64,000 nt of DNA. Source: Myxococcota bacterium (GTDB lineage Bacteria > Myxococcota_A > UBA9042 > PHBI01 > JAWLBL01). Both the position numbers and the translations under genes were made by a program. The stretch covers positions 279,319 through 343,318 of the forward strand of contig JAWLBL010000004.1 in NCBI GenBank assembly GCA_041687695.1. Direction: 5' to 3'. Under the pieces are notes generated by a model. The model was not told where the DNA came from, did not search any database, and saw only the letters and a list, made by a program, of their open reading frames with translations. This document shows, piece by piece, positions 53,171 to 61,893 of this stretch. The first letter of the stretch is position 1, and every line of letters starts with the position of its first letter.

Positions 53171-54871
53171 ATGCACATACGCCGCCTCGCCGTCGCCGTC
53201 CCGCTCGTCCTGGCCTCCGCGCTGGCCCACGCGCCCGCAGCACATGCCGAGGCCGGCCTCGAGCCCCGAACCTTCAAGACGCCCTCCGAGGCCGAAGCCC
53301 GCGAGGCCGGATGGACGTCCGGCCTCGTCGTGGATCTCTCGCCCGAGTACCGGACGCGCGTCATCCACGTCGACCCGCTCGAGCTCAGCGGCGTCCTGGC
53401 GCGCGACGTGTCGTGGGCCGAGCAGCGCCTGCGCCTCGATCTGGCCATCTCCAAGCCGGGCGTCGCCAGCGTCTTCGTGCAGGCCGACATCCTCGACGGC
53501 GTCCTCTACGGCGACAACGGCGACTTCGGCCGCGAGCCGAACGTCACCTCGGGCCTGGGCATCGCCTCCAAGCAGCCGAACCTCGCGGGCTGGCGCGTCG
53601 GCCTCGTCGACACGCGCTATCCGCTGGACATCGACAGCTACGGGCCGGTCCTGGTGCCCGTCGCGCCGCTCGAGATCAACTTCGCCTACGGCGAGGTGAT
53701 GCTGCCCTTCGGCGTCCTTCGCGTCGGCCGCCAGCCCATCACCGACGTCGCGACCATCACGCTCAACGACGGCCGCTCCGGCCGCAACCGCTGGGGCGCC
53801 AGCACCTGGCACGAGTCGGCCGACCGCATCCTGTTCGGCACCAAGATCAGCGAGGCCTGGCACCTCGCCCGCAAGGGCCGCGAGCACGTCGTCGACAAGA
53901 GCGTCGACGACGGCGTCTTCATGGGCGTCATCTACGACTTCCTGGTCAACGACCGCGTCCACGTCGCCTCCGACGACCTCCGTCAGGTCGCCGGGCAGCT
54001 CGAGTGGAAGGAGCGCGAGGCCAGCTGGTTCGGCCTCGACTGGAAGAACGTCTACCTGTCGGGCGCGCTCAGCTACCGCTGGGACGACCGCTACCAGACC
54101 GGCATCTACGGCGTGCCCTTCCGCGGCGGGTTCGACGTGGGCCCGATGCGCTTTCGCGGCGACCTGACCTTCATCCTGGGCGAGAGCCAGGAGCTGTCGG
54201 CCGGTTTCGGCAAGCTGACCGGCAAGGATCCCGTCGACCAGGAGTTCGACGCCATGGGCGCCCGCGCCGTCGTCGACTACGACGTGGGCGACTTCACGCT
54301 CTCGGCCGAGTGGGCCTACGCCACGGGCGACGACGACCCGCGCCCCTCGACGCCGATGAAGATCTTCTCGTTCGCGCGCGACTCCAACCTGGGCCTGCTG
54401 CTCTTCGAGCACGTCCTGGCCTTCCAGTCCGCCCGCAGCGCGGCCGTCGGCATCGAGAACCTGAAGCAGCTCGAGGCCGAGAGCTTCCCGCTGACCGAGA
54501 TCGCCACCGAGGGCCGCGTCACCAACGTCAACGCCATCTTCCCCCAGGTCTTCTACAGCCCCATCCCCTCGCTGCGCTTGAAGGCCGGCGCCCTCTTCGC
54601 CTTCTCGCAGACCCTCACGGTCGACCCCATCCAGACGACCCTCGCCTGGGACGGGCAGGACATCGCCGACGACCGCCTGAACTACCACGGCGGCAAGCCC
54701 GGCAACTACTGGGGCACCGAGCTGGATCTAGGCGTCGAGTGGAACTTCCGCGACATGTTCTACGCGGCCGTCGAGGGGGCCTATCTCTTGCCGGGCTCGG
54801 GCCTGCGCGACGAGAACGGCGACGCCGTGCCCTCGTGGATGATCGAGTCCCGCTTCACCTTCCGCCTGTGA
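53171..54871 (+). CDS. Putative outer-membrane beta-barrel protein
   Basis: Signal peptide; YGEV..PFG.LRVGRQP, YATGDD and GTELDL segments; terminal FTFRL strand. Confidence 0.7.
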   Translation: MHIRRLAVAVPLVLASALAHAPAAHAEAGLEPRTFKTPSEAEAREAGWTSGLVVDLSPEYRTRVIHVDPLELSGVLARDVSWAEQRLRLDLAISKPGVASVFVQADILDGVLYGDNGDFGREPNVTSGLGIASKQPNLAGWRVGLVDTRYPLDIDSYGPVLVPVAPLEINFAYGEVMLPFGVLRVGRQPITDVATITLNDGRSGRNRWGASTWHESADRILFGTKISEAWHLARKGREHVVDKSVDDGVFMGVIYDFLVNDRVHVASDDLRQVAGQLEWKEREASWFGLDWKNVYLSGALSYRWDDRYQTGIYGVPFRGGFDVGPMRFRGDLTFILGESQELSAGFGKLTGKDPVDQEFDAMGARAVVDYDVGDFTLSAEWAYATGDDDPRPSTPMKIFSFARDSNLGLLLFEHVLAFQSARSAAVGIENLKQLEAESFPLTEIATEGRVTNVNAIFPQVFYSPIPSLRLKAGALFAFSQTLTVDPIQTTLAWDGQDIADDRLNYHGGKPGNYWGTELDLGVEWNFRDMFYAAVEGAYLLPGSGLRDENGDAVPSWMIESRFTFRL

Positions 54872-54879
54872 GGTCCGCA

Positions 54880-55959
54880 ATGGTCCGGCGCTCCCTCGCC
54901 CTGCTGCTCGCCCTCGCCGCCGCGCCTGCCTGCGAGACCTACGATCCTCCGCCCGAGACGTCGCTGGTCATCCCCTCGGGCGGCCAGTGGTTCCCGTCCA
55001 CCCCGCTGACCCTGCGCTTCACCGAGCCGGTCGACCCCGCGACCCTCACCGTCAGCGTGTGGCCGACCACGGCGCTCGACGCCGAGAACTTCCTCGTCGA
55101 CGACGCCCAGCCCCTGCTCGCCGACTGCAACGTCGCGGCCGCGCCCTGCGGCGAGACCACCTTCTCCCTGTCCGACGACGGCCTCACCGCCCAGCTCTCT
55201 CTGGACCCGCTGGTCACGGGCTGGATCGGCAAGCCCCTGTTCGTCCAGGTCCACGAGGATCTCGCCGACCTCGCAGGCCGCCCCCGCCGCGTCTTCGACC
55301 GCTTCCCGTTCCAGGTCTCGCCCGAGCCGAGCACCAACGAGCCGGTCGAGGTGAACCTCGAGACCGGCGTGGTCGCGATGGTGGCCGACCTCACCAGCGT
55401 CCTGTCGGGCATCTACCTGCGCATCATCCTCGACATCGGCATCGATCCCGAGACCGGCGAGATGTGGATGATCGGCACGGTCGCCAAGCTCAACGGCGAC
55501 CACCCGCCCAACACCACCGACCCGCTCCACCTCGACCCGCGCCTCGACGGCGAGGGCTGGGCCGTCTTCTTCAGCGGCCAGGTCACCAAGGTCTCCGACG
55601 AAGAGTACTTCATCGCGACCGACACGGCCGATCTCCACGTCAAGGTGCTCGGCCTCATCGACGTGCAGCTCAAGGATCTCCGCCTCGAGGGCCTCATCAA
55701 GCCCGGGCAGGGCCCCGACGGCCGCGACCTCATCAGCGGCACCCTGACCTCCAGCAAGGTCCTGATGGGGGACCCCGCGGACCCGACGGATCTGGACGCC
55801 GCCGCCGCCGGCTGGACCGCCACCGGCCTGCGCGCCTCCGAGATCGTCGACGGCCTGCCGCGCCTGTGCGACGCCGCCCCCTGCACCCAGCTCGCCGCGG
55901 ACACCGGCTTCGACTGCCAGCTGCCCAGCCCCTGGACCCCCGGACCCGATTGCCAGTGA
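54880..55959 (+). CDS. Lipoprotein with bacterial Ig-like domain
   Basis: Lipobox-like APAC; LTLRFTEPVDPATL and DLADLAG (Big_5-like) segments. Confidence 0.7.
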   Translation: MVRRSLALLLALAAAPACETYDPPPETSLVIPSGGQWFPSTPLTLRFTEPVDPATLTVSVWPTTALDAENFLVDDAQPLLADCNVAAAPCGETTFSLSDDGLTAQLSLDPLVTGWIGKPLFVQVHEDLADLAGRPRRVFDRFPFQVSPEPSTNEPVEVNLETGVVAMVADLTSVLSGIYLRIILDIGIDPETGEMWMIGTVAKLNGDHPPNTTDPLHLDPRLDGEGWAVFFSGQVTKVSDEEYFIATDTADLHVKVLGLIDVQLKDLRLEGLIKPGQGPDGRDLISGTLTSSKVLMGDPADPTDLDAAAAGWTATGLRASEIVDGLPRLCDAAPCTQLAADTGFDCQLPSPWTPGPDCQ

Positions 55960-56873
55960 AGTCACCCCGCCGCGACGCCCGCCCCCACCTCGTCAAGCCC
56001 GCCGAGGGCGCCGAACGCCGCCAGGTCCGCGTCCCGCCCGAGCTGTCGGGCGAGCGCATCGACCGCGCCATCGCCGCCCTCGTCCCCGACGTCTCCCGCA
56101 CCCTCGCGCGTCGCATCCTCGGCATGGGCGGCGTCTATCTCGGCCACCAGCGCTGCCGCGTCGCCGGCAAGAACGTCCTGGCGGGCGACTGGATCACCGT
56201 CACCTGGGATCCCGAGGTCTCCGCCCCCCAGGACTTCCCGCTCGAGGTCCTGTACGAGGACGCGCGCGTGGTGGCCGTCGTCAAGCCCGCCCACCAGCTG
56301 GTCCAGGGCACCGAGCTGGGCGACGTCGGCACCCTCGCCCACGCCCTGGCCAAGCGCTTCGGCCCCGACACCAAGCTGATGCACCGCCTGGACGCGCCGG
56401 CCAGCGGCCTGCTCCTGGCCGTCAAAGACCCCGACGCCTCGGCCGCGCTGACGCCGCAGTTCCGGCGCCACACCATCGGCCGCGAGTACCTGGCCGTGAC
56501 CCAGGGCGTGCCGCGCGAGGGCACCTGCGAGACGCCGCTGGCCAAGGACGGGCGCCTCATGCGTCCGGCCGGCCCCGGCGAGGCCGGCCTGCCGGCCCGG
56601 ACCGACGTGGCCGTGGTCCAGACCGAGGGCGGCCGCGCCCTGGTGCGCGCGACGCTGCACACCGGGCGCACCCACCAGATCCGCGTGCACCTGATGAGCT
56701 TGGGCGCGCCGCTGGTCGGCGACCCGACCTACGGCGGCCCGACCGCGCCGCGCATGTGCCTGCACGCGACGCGGCTCGTGTTCCAGCACCCCGACGACGG
56801 CCGCGAGGTCGAGCTGGTCTGCCCGCCGGGAGACGACTTCTGGGCCGCGGGCCGGGTCAGGCCCATCGCCTGA
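55956..56873 (+). CDS. RluA/RluD family pseudouridine synthase with S4 domain
   Basis: VKPA, HRLD, TGRTHQIRVH, GDPTYG and LHA motifs. Confidence 0.93.
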   Translation: MKSPRRDARPHLVKPAEGAERRQVRVPPELSGERIDRAIAALVPDVSRTLARRILGMGGVYLGHQRCRVAGKNVLAGDWITVTWDPEVSAPQDFPLEVLYEDARVVAVVKPAHQLVQGTELGDVGTLAHALAKRFGPDTKLMHRLDAPASGLLLAVKDPDASAALTPQFRRHTIGREYLAVTQGVPREGTCETPLAKDGRLMRPAGPGEAGLPARTDVAVVQTEGGRALVRATLHTGRTHQIRVHLMSLGAPLVGDPTYGGPTAPRMCLHATRLVFQHPDDGREVELVCPPGDDFWAAGRVRPIA

Positions 56874-56894
56874 CCGCGGCCGCGCTCGCCCCCG

Positions 56895-57455
56895 TCAGTC
56901 GAGCCCGCGGTGGCCCTGTCCGGCGTCGGGCCACAGATCGCGCACCTCCGGCACGTCCTCCTCCAGGCCCTTGAGCTGGCGCGGGTCCAGGGCCAGCGCC
57001 AGCGCGCGGAACACCGCCCTGACGTGGTTCTCGGCCTCGGTCCGGCTGAGGTCGCCGCCCTCGCGCATCTTCACGCGATCGACGAAGCACTCCTTGGTCG
57101 GCTCGAAGGCCGCCGTCGCCTCCTGCTCCTCGTGGCCGGTCATCGCCCGGGCCACCTCGTGCTGCTCGCGCGGGCGGCCGCGGTCGAGGTCGCGCCGCAG
57201 CTGGACCACGTTCGGCGCCCCGCGTCGCTCCCGGGCGCTGGCCATCTTCTCGGACGTCCCGGGCCCGCCCACGCCCGCCGCCGGCCCCTCCAGGAACTGC
57301 CCGATCTCGAGCGGCAGCCCCGAGGCCACGGTCTCGACCCGCCCGCCGAACTCACCCAGCGTCTCGAGGGTCGCCCGCACGGCGCGCTCGGCGCCCTCGA
57401 CCGTGTCGATGTGCCCGTGCATGCGCACGTCGCTCACGAAGTCGCGATAGTTCAT
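56895..57455 (-). CDS. DUF2267-like protein with internal insertion
   Basis: M.Y..F...V, AERAVRATLETLGE, LP.EI, F..RV..REG and A..HVRAVF.AL segments; AGGA RBS. Confidence 0.65.
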   Translation of the reverse strand: MNYRDFVSDVRMHGHIDTVEGAERAVRATLETLGEFGGRVETVASGLPLEIGQFLEGPAAGVGGPGTSEKMASARERRGAPNVVQLRRDLDRGRPREQHEVARAMTGHEEQEATAAFEPTKECFVDRVKMREGGDLSRTEAENHVRAVFRALALALDPRQLKGLEEDVPEVRDLWPDAGQGHRGLD

Positions 57456-57504
57456 CTCTCGGTCCTCCTCACAGTGGGTCGCGCCACGCTCGCGCCCGGT
57501 GCCC

Positions 57505-58257
57505 TCAGGATCGATGCACCACGGGCCGCGCGAGGCCCGCGAGGCGGCTCACGCCGTACAGCACGCGCCCGAACACCCGGCGCGCGTCGTCCCGCGCGCG
57601 CTCGCCGGCCCGCCCCAGCACGCGGCTGGTCTCGACGAAGCCGTGCAGGAAGGGCGCGGCCCGCCGGCGGATCTCACCCAGGTCGACCTGGTGCTCGCCC
57701 GCGCGGTCGCGCTCGAGCAGCTCGGTCACGGCGGCCTCGAGCCGCTCCTCCTCGCCGGCCCAGACCGACCGCAGGGCGACGTGCCCGGACCGATCGATGA
57801 GGTAGGCGGCGTTGTAGGCCTCGCCGTAGGCGCCGTGGACGGTCCCGACCAGCTCGTCGACGCACACGGTCCACGAGATGTGCTCTCGCTCGGCCCAGTC
57901 CCGCGCGTGCTCCGTCTTCTGCGCGTGCGTCTCGTGGTGCGGGTAGGTCTCGCCCGGGTGCGCCTCGCGCACGTAGACGGACACAAACTCGATCTCGCCT
58001 CCGAACTGTCGGTACAGTCGTCGCATGGCGCCGCGCGAGGCGGCCGTCATCGGACAGGTGAGCGAGACGAACTCGACGAGGACGGGCCGCGTGCCCGTAT
58101 GCTCCGCCAGGTGAAACCACGCGCCGGAGACGGTCTTGAGTCGGAAGTCGAGCGCGGGCGCGCCAGGCCGCGGGCCGCCCTGGAACTGCAACGCCTCTCT
58201 GACCTGCTTGCGCTCGAACGAGTCGAAGTTGTAGTCGTCCGCTCTCTCGTTGTGCAT
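57505..58257 (-). CDS. Thioredoxin-fold protein, iodothyronine deiodinase-like
   Basis: PG..A.DF.L, RPVLVEFVSLTCP, FVSVYVREAHPGE and YG..N.AYLID motifs; GGAGG RBS. Confidence 0.78.
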   Translation of the reverse strand: MHNERADDYNFDSFERKQVREALQFQGGPRPGAPALDFRLKTVSGAWFHLAEHTGTRPVLVEFVSLTCPMTAASRGAMRRLYRQFGGEIEFVSVYVREAHPGETYPHHETHAQKTEHARDWAEREHISWTVCVDELVGTVHGAYGEAYNAAYLIDRSGHVALRSVWAGEEERLEAAVTELLERDRAGEHQVDLGEIRRRAAPFLHGFVETSRVLGRAGERARDDARRVFGRVLYGVSRLAGLARPVVHRS

Positions 58258-58458
58258 CGTCGGACCTCCAAACTCCTGGCACACTTCTGGCGCAGCGCCT
58301 GAGATTGCCTGACACTGCTGGAGCACCGCCGGCGCGCGTTCGGCGCCCGGTGGTCTGATGCGTCGTTCGGCTCGACCCCAACCATGCGCACGCTCGGGTC
58401 GCGCGTCACGTCGGCGCGCCGCTCCCGTCCCATTCCCCAGCCGAAAGGCGACTCGCCG

Positions 58459-59076
58459 ATGAGCGACGATCCCCGCCGTTTCGCTGCGGCCACCGACCGC
58501 AACCGAGAGCCCATCCTGGCCGTGCTCGAGCGCGTGCTGCCCGAGCAGGGCTTCATCCTCGAGGTCGCCAGCGGTACCGGCCAGCACGCCGCCTACTTCG
58601 CCAGCCGGCTGTACGATCAGACGTGGCAGCCGAGCGACCCCGACCCCGAGCTGCGCGACAGCATCGACGCCTGGCGCGACGACGCGGGCATCGACAACCT
58701 CCTGCCGGCCATCGATCTCGACGTGACCTGGCCCGAGTGGCCGGTGACCCGCGCCGACGCCATCGTCGCCATCAACATGCTGCACATCGCGCCGTGGGAG
58801 GTCTGCCACGGCCTGATGCGCGGCGCCGCCCGCCTGCTCGCGCCCGGGGCCCCGCTCGTCCTGTACGGCCCCTTCAAGGTCGCGGGACACCACACGTCGC
58901 CGGGCAACGCCGAGTTCGACCGCGAGCTGCGCGACCGCAACCGCGCCTTCGGCATCCGCGACCTCGACGAGGTCCGGCAGGTCGCGCAGGCGAGCGGGCT
59001 GCGCCTCGACGAGACGATCGCCATGCCCGCCAACAACCTGACGCTCGTGTTCCGCAGAGAGGGCGAGCCCGCGTAA
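58459..59076 (+). CDS. DUF938 family SAM-dependent methyltransferase
   Basis: RNREPIL, LEVASGTGQHA, WQPSD, YGPF, FD..LR and MPANN motifs. Confidence 0.92.
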   Translation: MSDDPRRFAAATDRNREPILAVLERVLPEQGFILEVASGTGQHAAYFASRLYDQTWQPSDPDPELRDSIDAWRDDAGIDNLLPAIDLDVTWPEWPVTRADAIVAINMLHIAPWEVCHGLMRGAARLLAPGAPLVLYGPFKVAGHHTSPGNAEFDRELRDRNRAFGIRDLDEVRQVAQASGLRLDETIAMPANNLTLVFRREGEPA

Positions 59077-59098
59077 CCCCGCGGCCCGGAGCCCCCCG

Positions 59099-59986
59099 AT
59101 GCCCCAACCCACGCGCACCGCGCTGGCCGCGCTGGCGCTGGTCCATGCCGCCTGCGCCAGCTTCCCCGAGCGCGTCACCGACGAGCAGGCCCCCCTCGTG
59201 TGGGACCCGGCCTACCGCTCCGTCGACGAGGGCGAGCTGGTCGTCACCGGCGCCGCCACGGCCGCCGCCGGCATCGCCGCCCTGTTCCGCTCACGCAGCG
59301 CCCACTGGCGCGGCGGCGTGCTCTTCGACGACTGGGTCCGCGCCCAGGCGCGCACCGACGACCCCGCGACCCACGGCGGCACCGTGTTCACGGCCGACCT
59401 GCTCGCCGGCGTAGTCAGCGCCTATCCGCTGGTGGTCGACTCGCTGATCGTCGCCTGGTGGAAGGAGGACAGCCCCGAGGTCGCCTGGAACACCGCCGTC
59501 ATCACGGCCCAGTCGATGGCCCTGGCCGGCGCCGTCGCCGTCGGGCTGCAAGCGCTGACCCGCCGCGAGCAGCCCTGGGTGCGCCAGTGCCGCGCCGGCT
59601 TCGAGCCACCTGGGACCGACTGCGAGGACCCGCCGCTCGCCGACGCCTTCATCGGCTTCCAGGGGACCGTCGCGTTCGCCGCGGCCGGCGCGCTGTGCGC
59701 CCACCACGAGGCGACGCCCCTGTACGGCGGCGGCTCGCCCGATCGCTTCGTCTGCCTGGCCGCGCTGCTCGGCGCGACCCTCGCCAGCGGCCTCGAGCTC
59801 ATCCCGGACCGCAAATACGCGACCGACTTCCTGGCCGAGGCGGCCGTCGGCCTGGGGCTCGGCTACCTGCTCCCCTACCTGCTCTACTACGACACCCCGG
59901 CCGCCGCGGCGCAGCCGCCCACGGGCATGCTGGTGCCCCTGCCGATGGGCGACGGCGGCGGCGTGGGCTGGGTCCAGACTTTTTGA
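59099..59986 (+). CDS. PAP2-like membrane protein with degenerate catalytic motifs
   Basis: TM layout, R.RP-like RREQP followed by a Cys loop, LCAHH, and YATD..A; catalytic residues altered. Confidence 0.55.
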   Translation: MPQPTRTALAALALVHAACASFPERVTDEQAPLVWDPAYRSVDEGELVVTGAATAAAGIAALFRSRSAHWRGGVLFDDWVRAQARTDDPATHGGTVFTADLLAGVVSAYPLVVDSLIVAWWKEDSPEVAWNTAVITAQSMALAGAVAVGLQALTRREQPWVRQCRAGFEPPGTDCEDPPLADAFIGFQGTVAFAAAGALCAHHEATPLYGGGSPDRFVCLAALLGATLASGLELIPDRKYATDFLAEAAVGLGLGYLLPYLLYYDTPAAAAQPPTGMLVPLPMGDGGGVGWVQTF

Positions 59987-60063
59987 GCGGCGCCCCCGAA
60001 TGCGACCGCGCTTGCGGTCGTCTGCTGCCTTGCGCTAGTGGGTAGCGCACACGGAGGTGGCGA

Positions 60064-60966
60064 ATGCGGGTGATGGCGCTTTCGGTGTTGGCGCTGGTGC
60101 TTGGGACGGGCTGCAGCGACGGCTTCGGCGGGCTGCTCATCTCGAACGCGCGCGAGGTGCAGATCGGCGAGGGCGTCGACCAGCAGATCGAGGCCGAGTA
60201 CCCGATCGTCGACGCCGCGGACCCGGTCGCGCAGTGGGCGGTGCAGTTCATCTCGCCCCTGGTGCAGGGCTCCCGGCCCTTCCGCGACCCCGACCTCATC
60301 GGCGGCTACAAGATCGAGATCATCGCCGACGACGAGCTGGTCAACGCCTTCGCGGCGCCGGGCGGCTTCACCTACATCACGACGGGCCTGCTGCTCGCCG
60401 CCGACACCTGCGCCGAGATCGCTGGCGTCATGGGCCACGAGCTGGCCCACGTGACCGAGCGCCACGGCGTCAAGGACATCGAGGCGGCCTTCGCGGCCGA
60501 GCAGCTCGCCTCCTTCTTCCTCGACGAGGGCCTCGCCCGCGACGGCGCCGTCGCCATCTGGGCGCTCCTCCAGAACACCACCTTCAGCCAGGACGACGAG
60601 AGCGAGAGCGACCTCGTCGGCCTCCAGATCGCCTTCAACGCCGGCTACAACCCCCACGGCCTCGCGGACTTCTTCGCCAAGCTCGCGGCCCTCGAGGCCG
60701 CCTCGGGCACCTTCCTGCCCGAGTTCCTCTCCTCGCACCCCTCCAGCCAGTCCCGCGTCACCGACGTCCGCGCCGAGATCCAGCGCCGCTACGGCGACCA
60801 GGTGGTCCAGGACCAGTCACAGTCCTACGACTGCCTCGGCACGGGCCTCACCCTCGAGCAGGTCAAGGCCCACATCCAGGGCGGCAACATGGTCATCCGC
60901 CCCGGCACGGGCACGGGCGTGGTGCCGGGCGAGACGCCCGAAGGGGAGCAGCCGCGGGAGGGGTGA
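60064..60966 (+). CDS. M48 family metallopeptidase lipoprotein (BepA/LoiP-like)
   Basis: Lipobox LGTGC; NAFAAPGG, HELAH, E.ESD..G and SSHP motifs. Confidence 0.92.
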   Translation: MRVMALSVLALVLGTGCSDGFGGLLISNAREVQIGEGVDQQIEAEYPIVDAADPVAQWAVQFISPLVQGSRPFRDPDLIGGYKIEIIADDELVNAFAAPGGFTYITTGLLLAADTCAEIAGVMGHELAHVTERHGVKDIEAAFAAEQLASFFLDEGLARDGAVAIWALLQNTTFSQDDESESDLVGLQIAFNAGYNPHGLADFFAKLAALEAASGTFLPEFLSSHPSSQSRVTDVRAEIQRRYGDQVVQDQSQSYDCLGTGLTLEQVKAHIQGGNMVIRPGTGTGVVPGETPEGEQPREG

Positions 60967-61116
60967 GAGGGGTTGGGGAGAGGGGCTGGGGAGAGGGGAG
61001 AGGGTAGACCCGACCCGGCGTCGCCGACGCACCGCGAGAGGCGTGAGCCCCGCCGGACCGGGTCTGGAGCGTCAAGGGCTGGGGAGAGGGGCGAGGGTAG
61101 GAGCTGGGGAGAGGGC
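60962..61116 (+). repeat. Purine/G-rich tract with 4 copies of TGGGGAGAGGG
   Basis: Copies near 60974, 60987, 61080 and 61105, around a GC stem-loop (approx. 61006-61065). Confidence 0.7.
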
Positions 61117-61120
61117 AGGC

Positions 61121-61311
61121 GCGGTAGCCTCCGCTTCGGCCGGCCTCAAGGGCTTTGTCCCCCTTGGCCGGCCTGGTCGGCCGGCCAATTCCTCGCGGAC
61201 GACAAAGCCCTTGACCCCGGCCTACGCTGCGGCTGGGTGGCCAATATCGGCCCGGAAGGGGGCCTTCCGGGCCGCTTCGCGTCCCGGCGCGGGAGTGGGC
61301 GGCGGGTGCTG
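61121..61311 (+). ncRNA. Candidate structured RNA/ssDNA element, left copy
   Basis: Several stems, three of which covary relative to the right copy. Confidence 0.5.
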
Positions 61312-61399
61312 GGGGAGGCGGCGGGTCGGGGGGCCCGTGAGCCAGTCGCAGGTAGTCGCGAAGTCTGGCCACAGGACGGGATTTAAACGCTTGTGTAAT

Positions 61400-61638
61400 T
61401 AGTCGTCCCGGGCCGAAAGCGCGCAGGTCGCCGTTCCGGGGCGGAAGCAGGCAGGTCGTCGTCCCGGGGCGGAAGCAGGCAGGTCGTCGTCCCGGGGCGG
61501 AAGCAGGCAGGTCGTCGTCCCGGGGCGGAAGCGCGCAGGTCGTCGTCCCGGGGCGGAAGCGCGCGGATCGTTGTCCTGGGGCGAAAGCCGGTCGTCGTCC
61601 CGGGGCGGAAGCGGGCAGGTCGTCGTCCCCGGGCGGAC
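61400..61638 (+). repeat. Left tandem array, approx. 9 units (mostly 28 bp) of core GGTCGTCGTCCCGGGGCGGA
   Basis: Unit starts at 61426, 61454, 61482, 61510, 61538, 61566, 61590 and 61618, plus a partial unit at approx. 61400. Confidence 0.93.
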
Positions 61639-61857
61639 GTCGGGGCGAAAATCGACATCCGGTCTCGACGAGGATGCAAATAGTTGTTGACGGATTTCGG
61701 GGAGACGTTTTGGGCGATCCAGGGTCGGCTGGAGGGAGGGCCTGGGAGGCCCCTGCCAGGCTCTACAGCGCGCTGATCAGGGGTGAGGGTCGTCGGAAGT
61801 CGTCCGAGAGGCCTGAACGGCCGTCCTGGGGGTACTCAGAGGGGATGAGAACCCCCG

Positions 61858-61887
61858 TGCTATGCTGCAGGCCTCGATTGGGAGGGG
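61858..61887 (+). promoter_or_regulatory. Putative extended -10 promoter and RBS of the HNH gene
   Basis: TGCTATGCT (61858-61866); GGAGG at 61881, before the ATG at 61894. Confidence 0.4.
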
Positions 61888-61893
61888 TGCGGC

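Noticed and set aside
58050..58066. Selenocysteine recoding in the deiodinase-like gene
   Set aside because: The active-site codon is TGT (Cys), not TGA.
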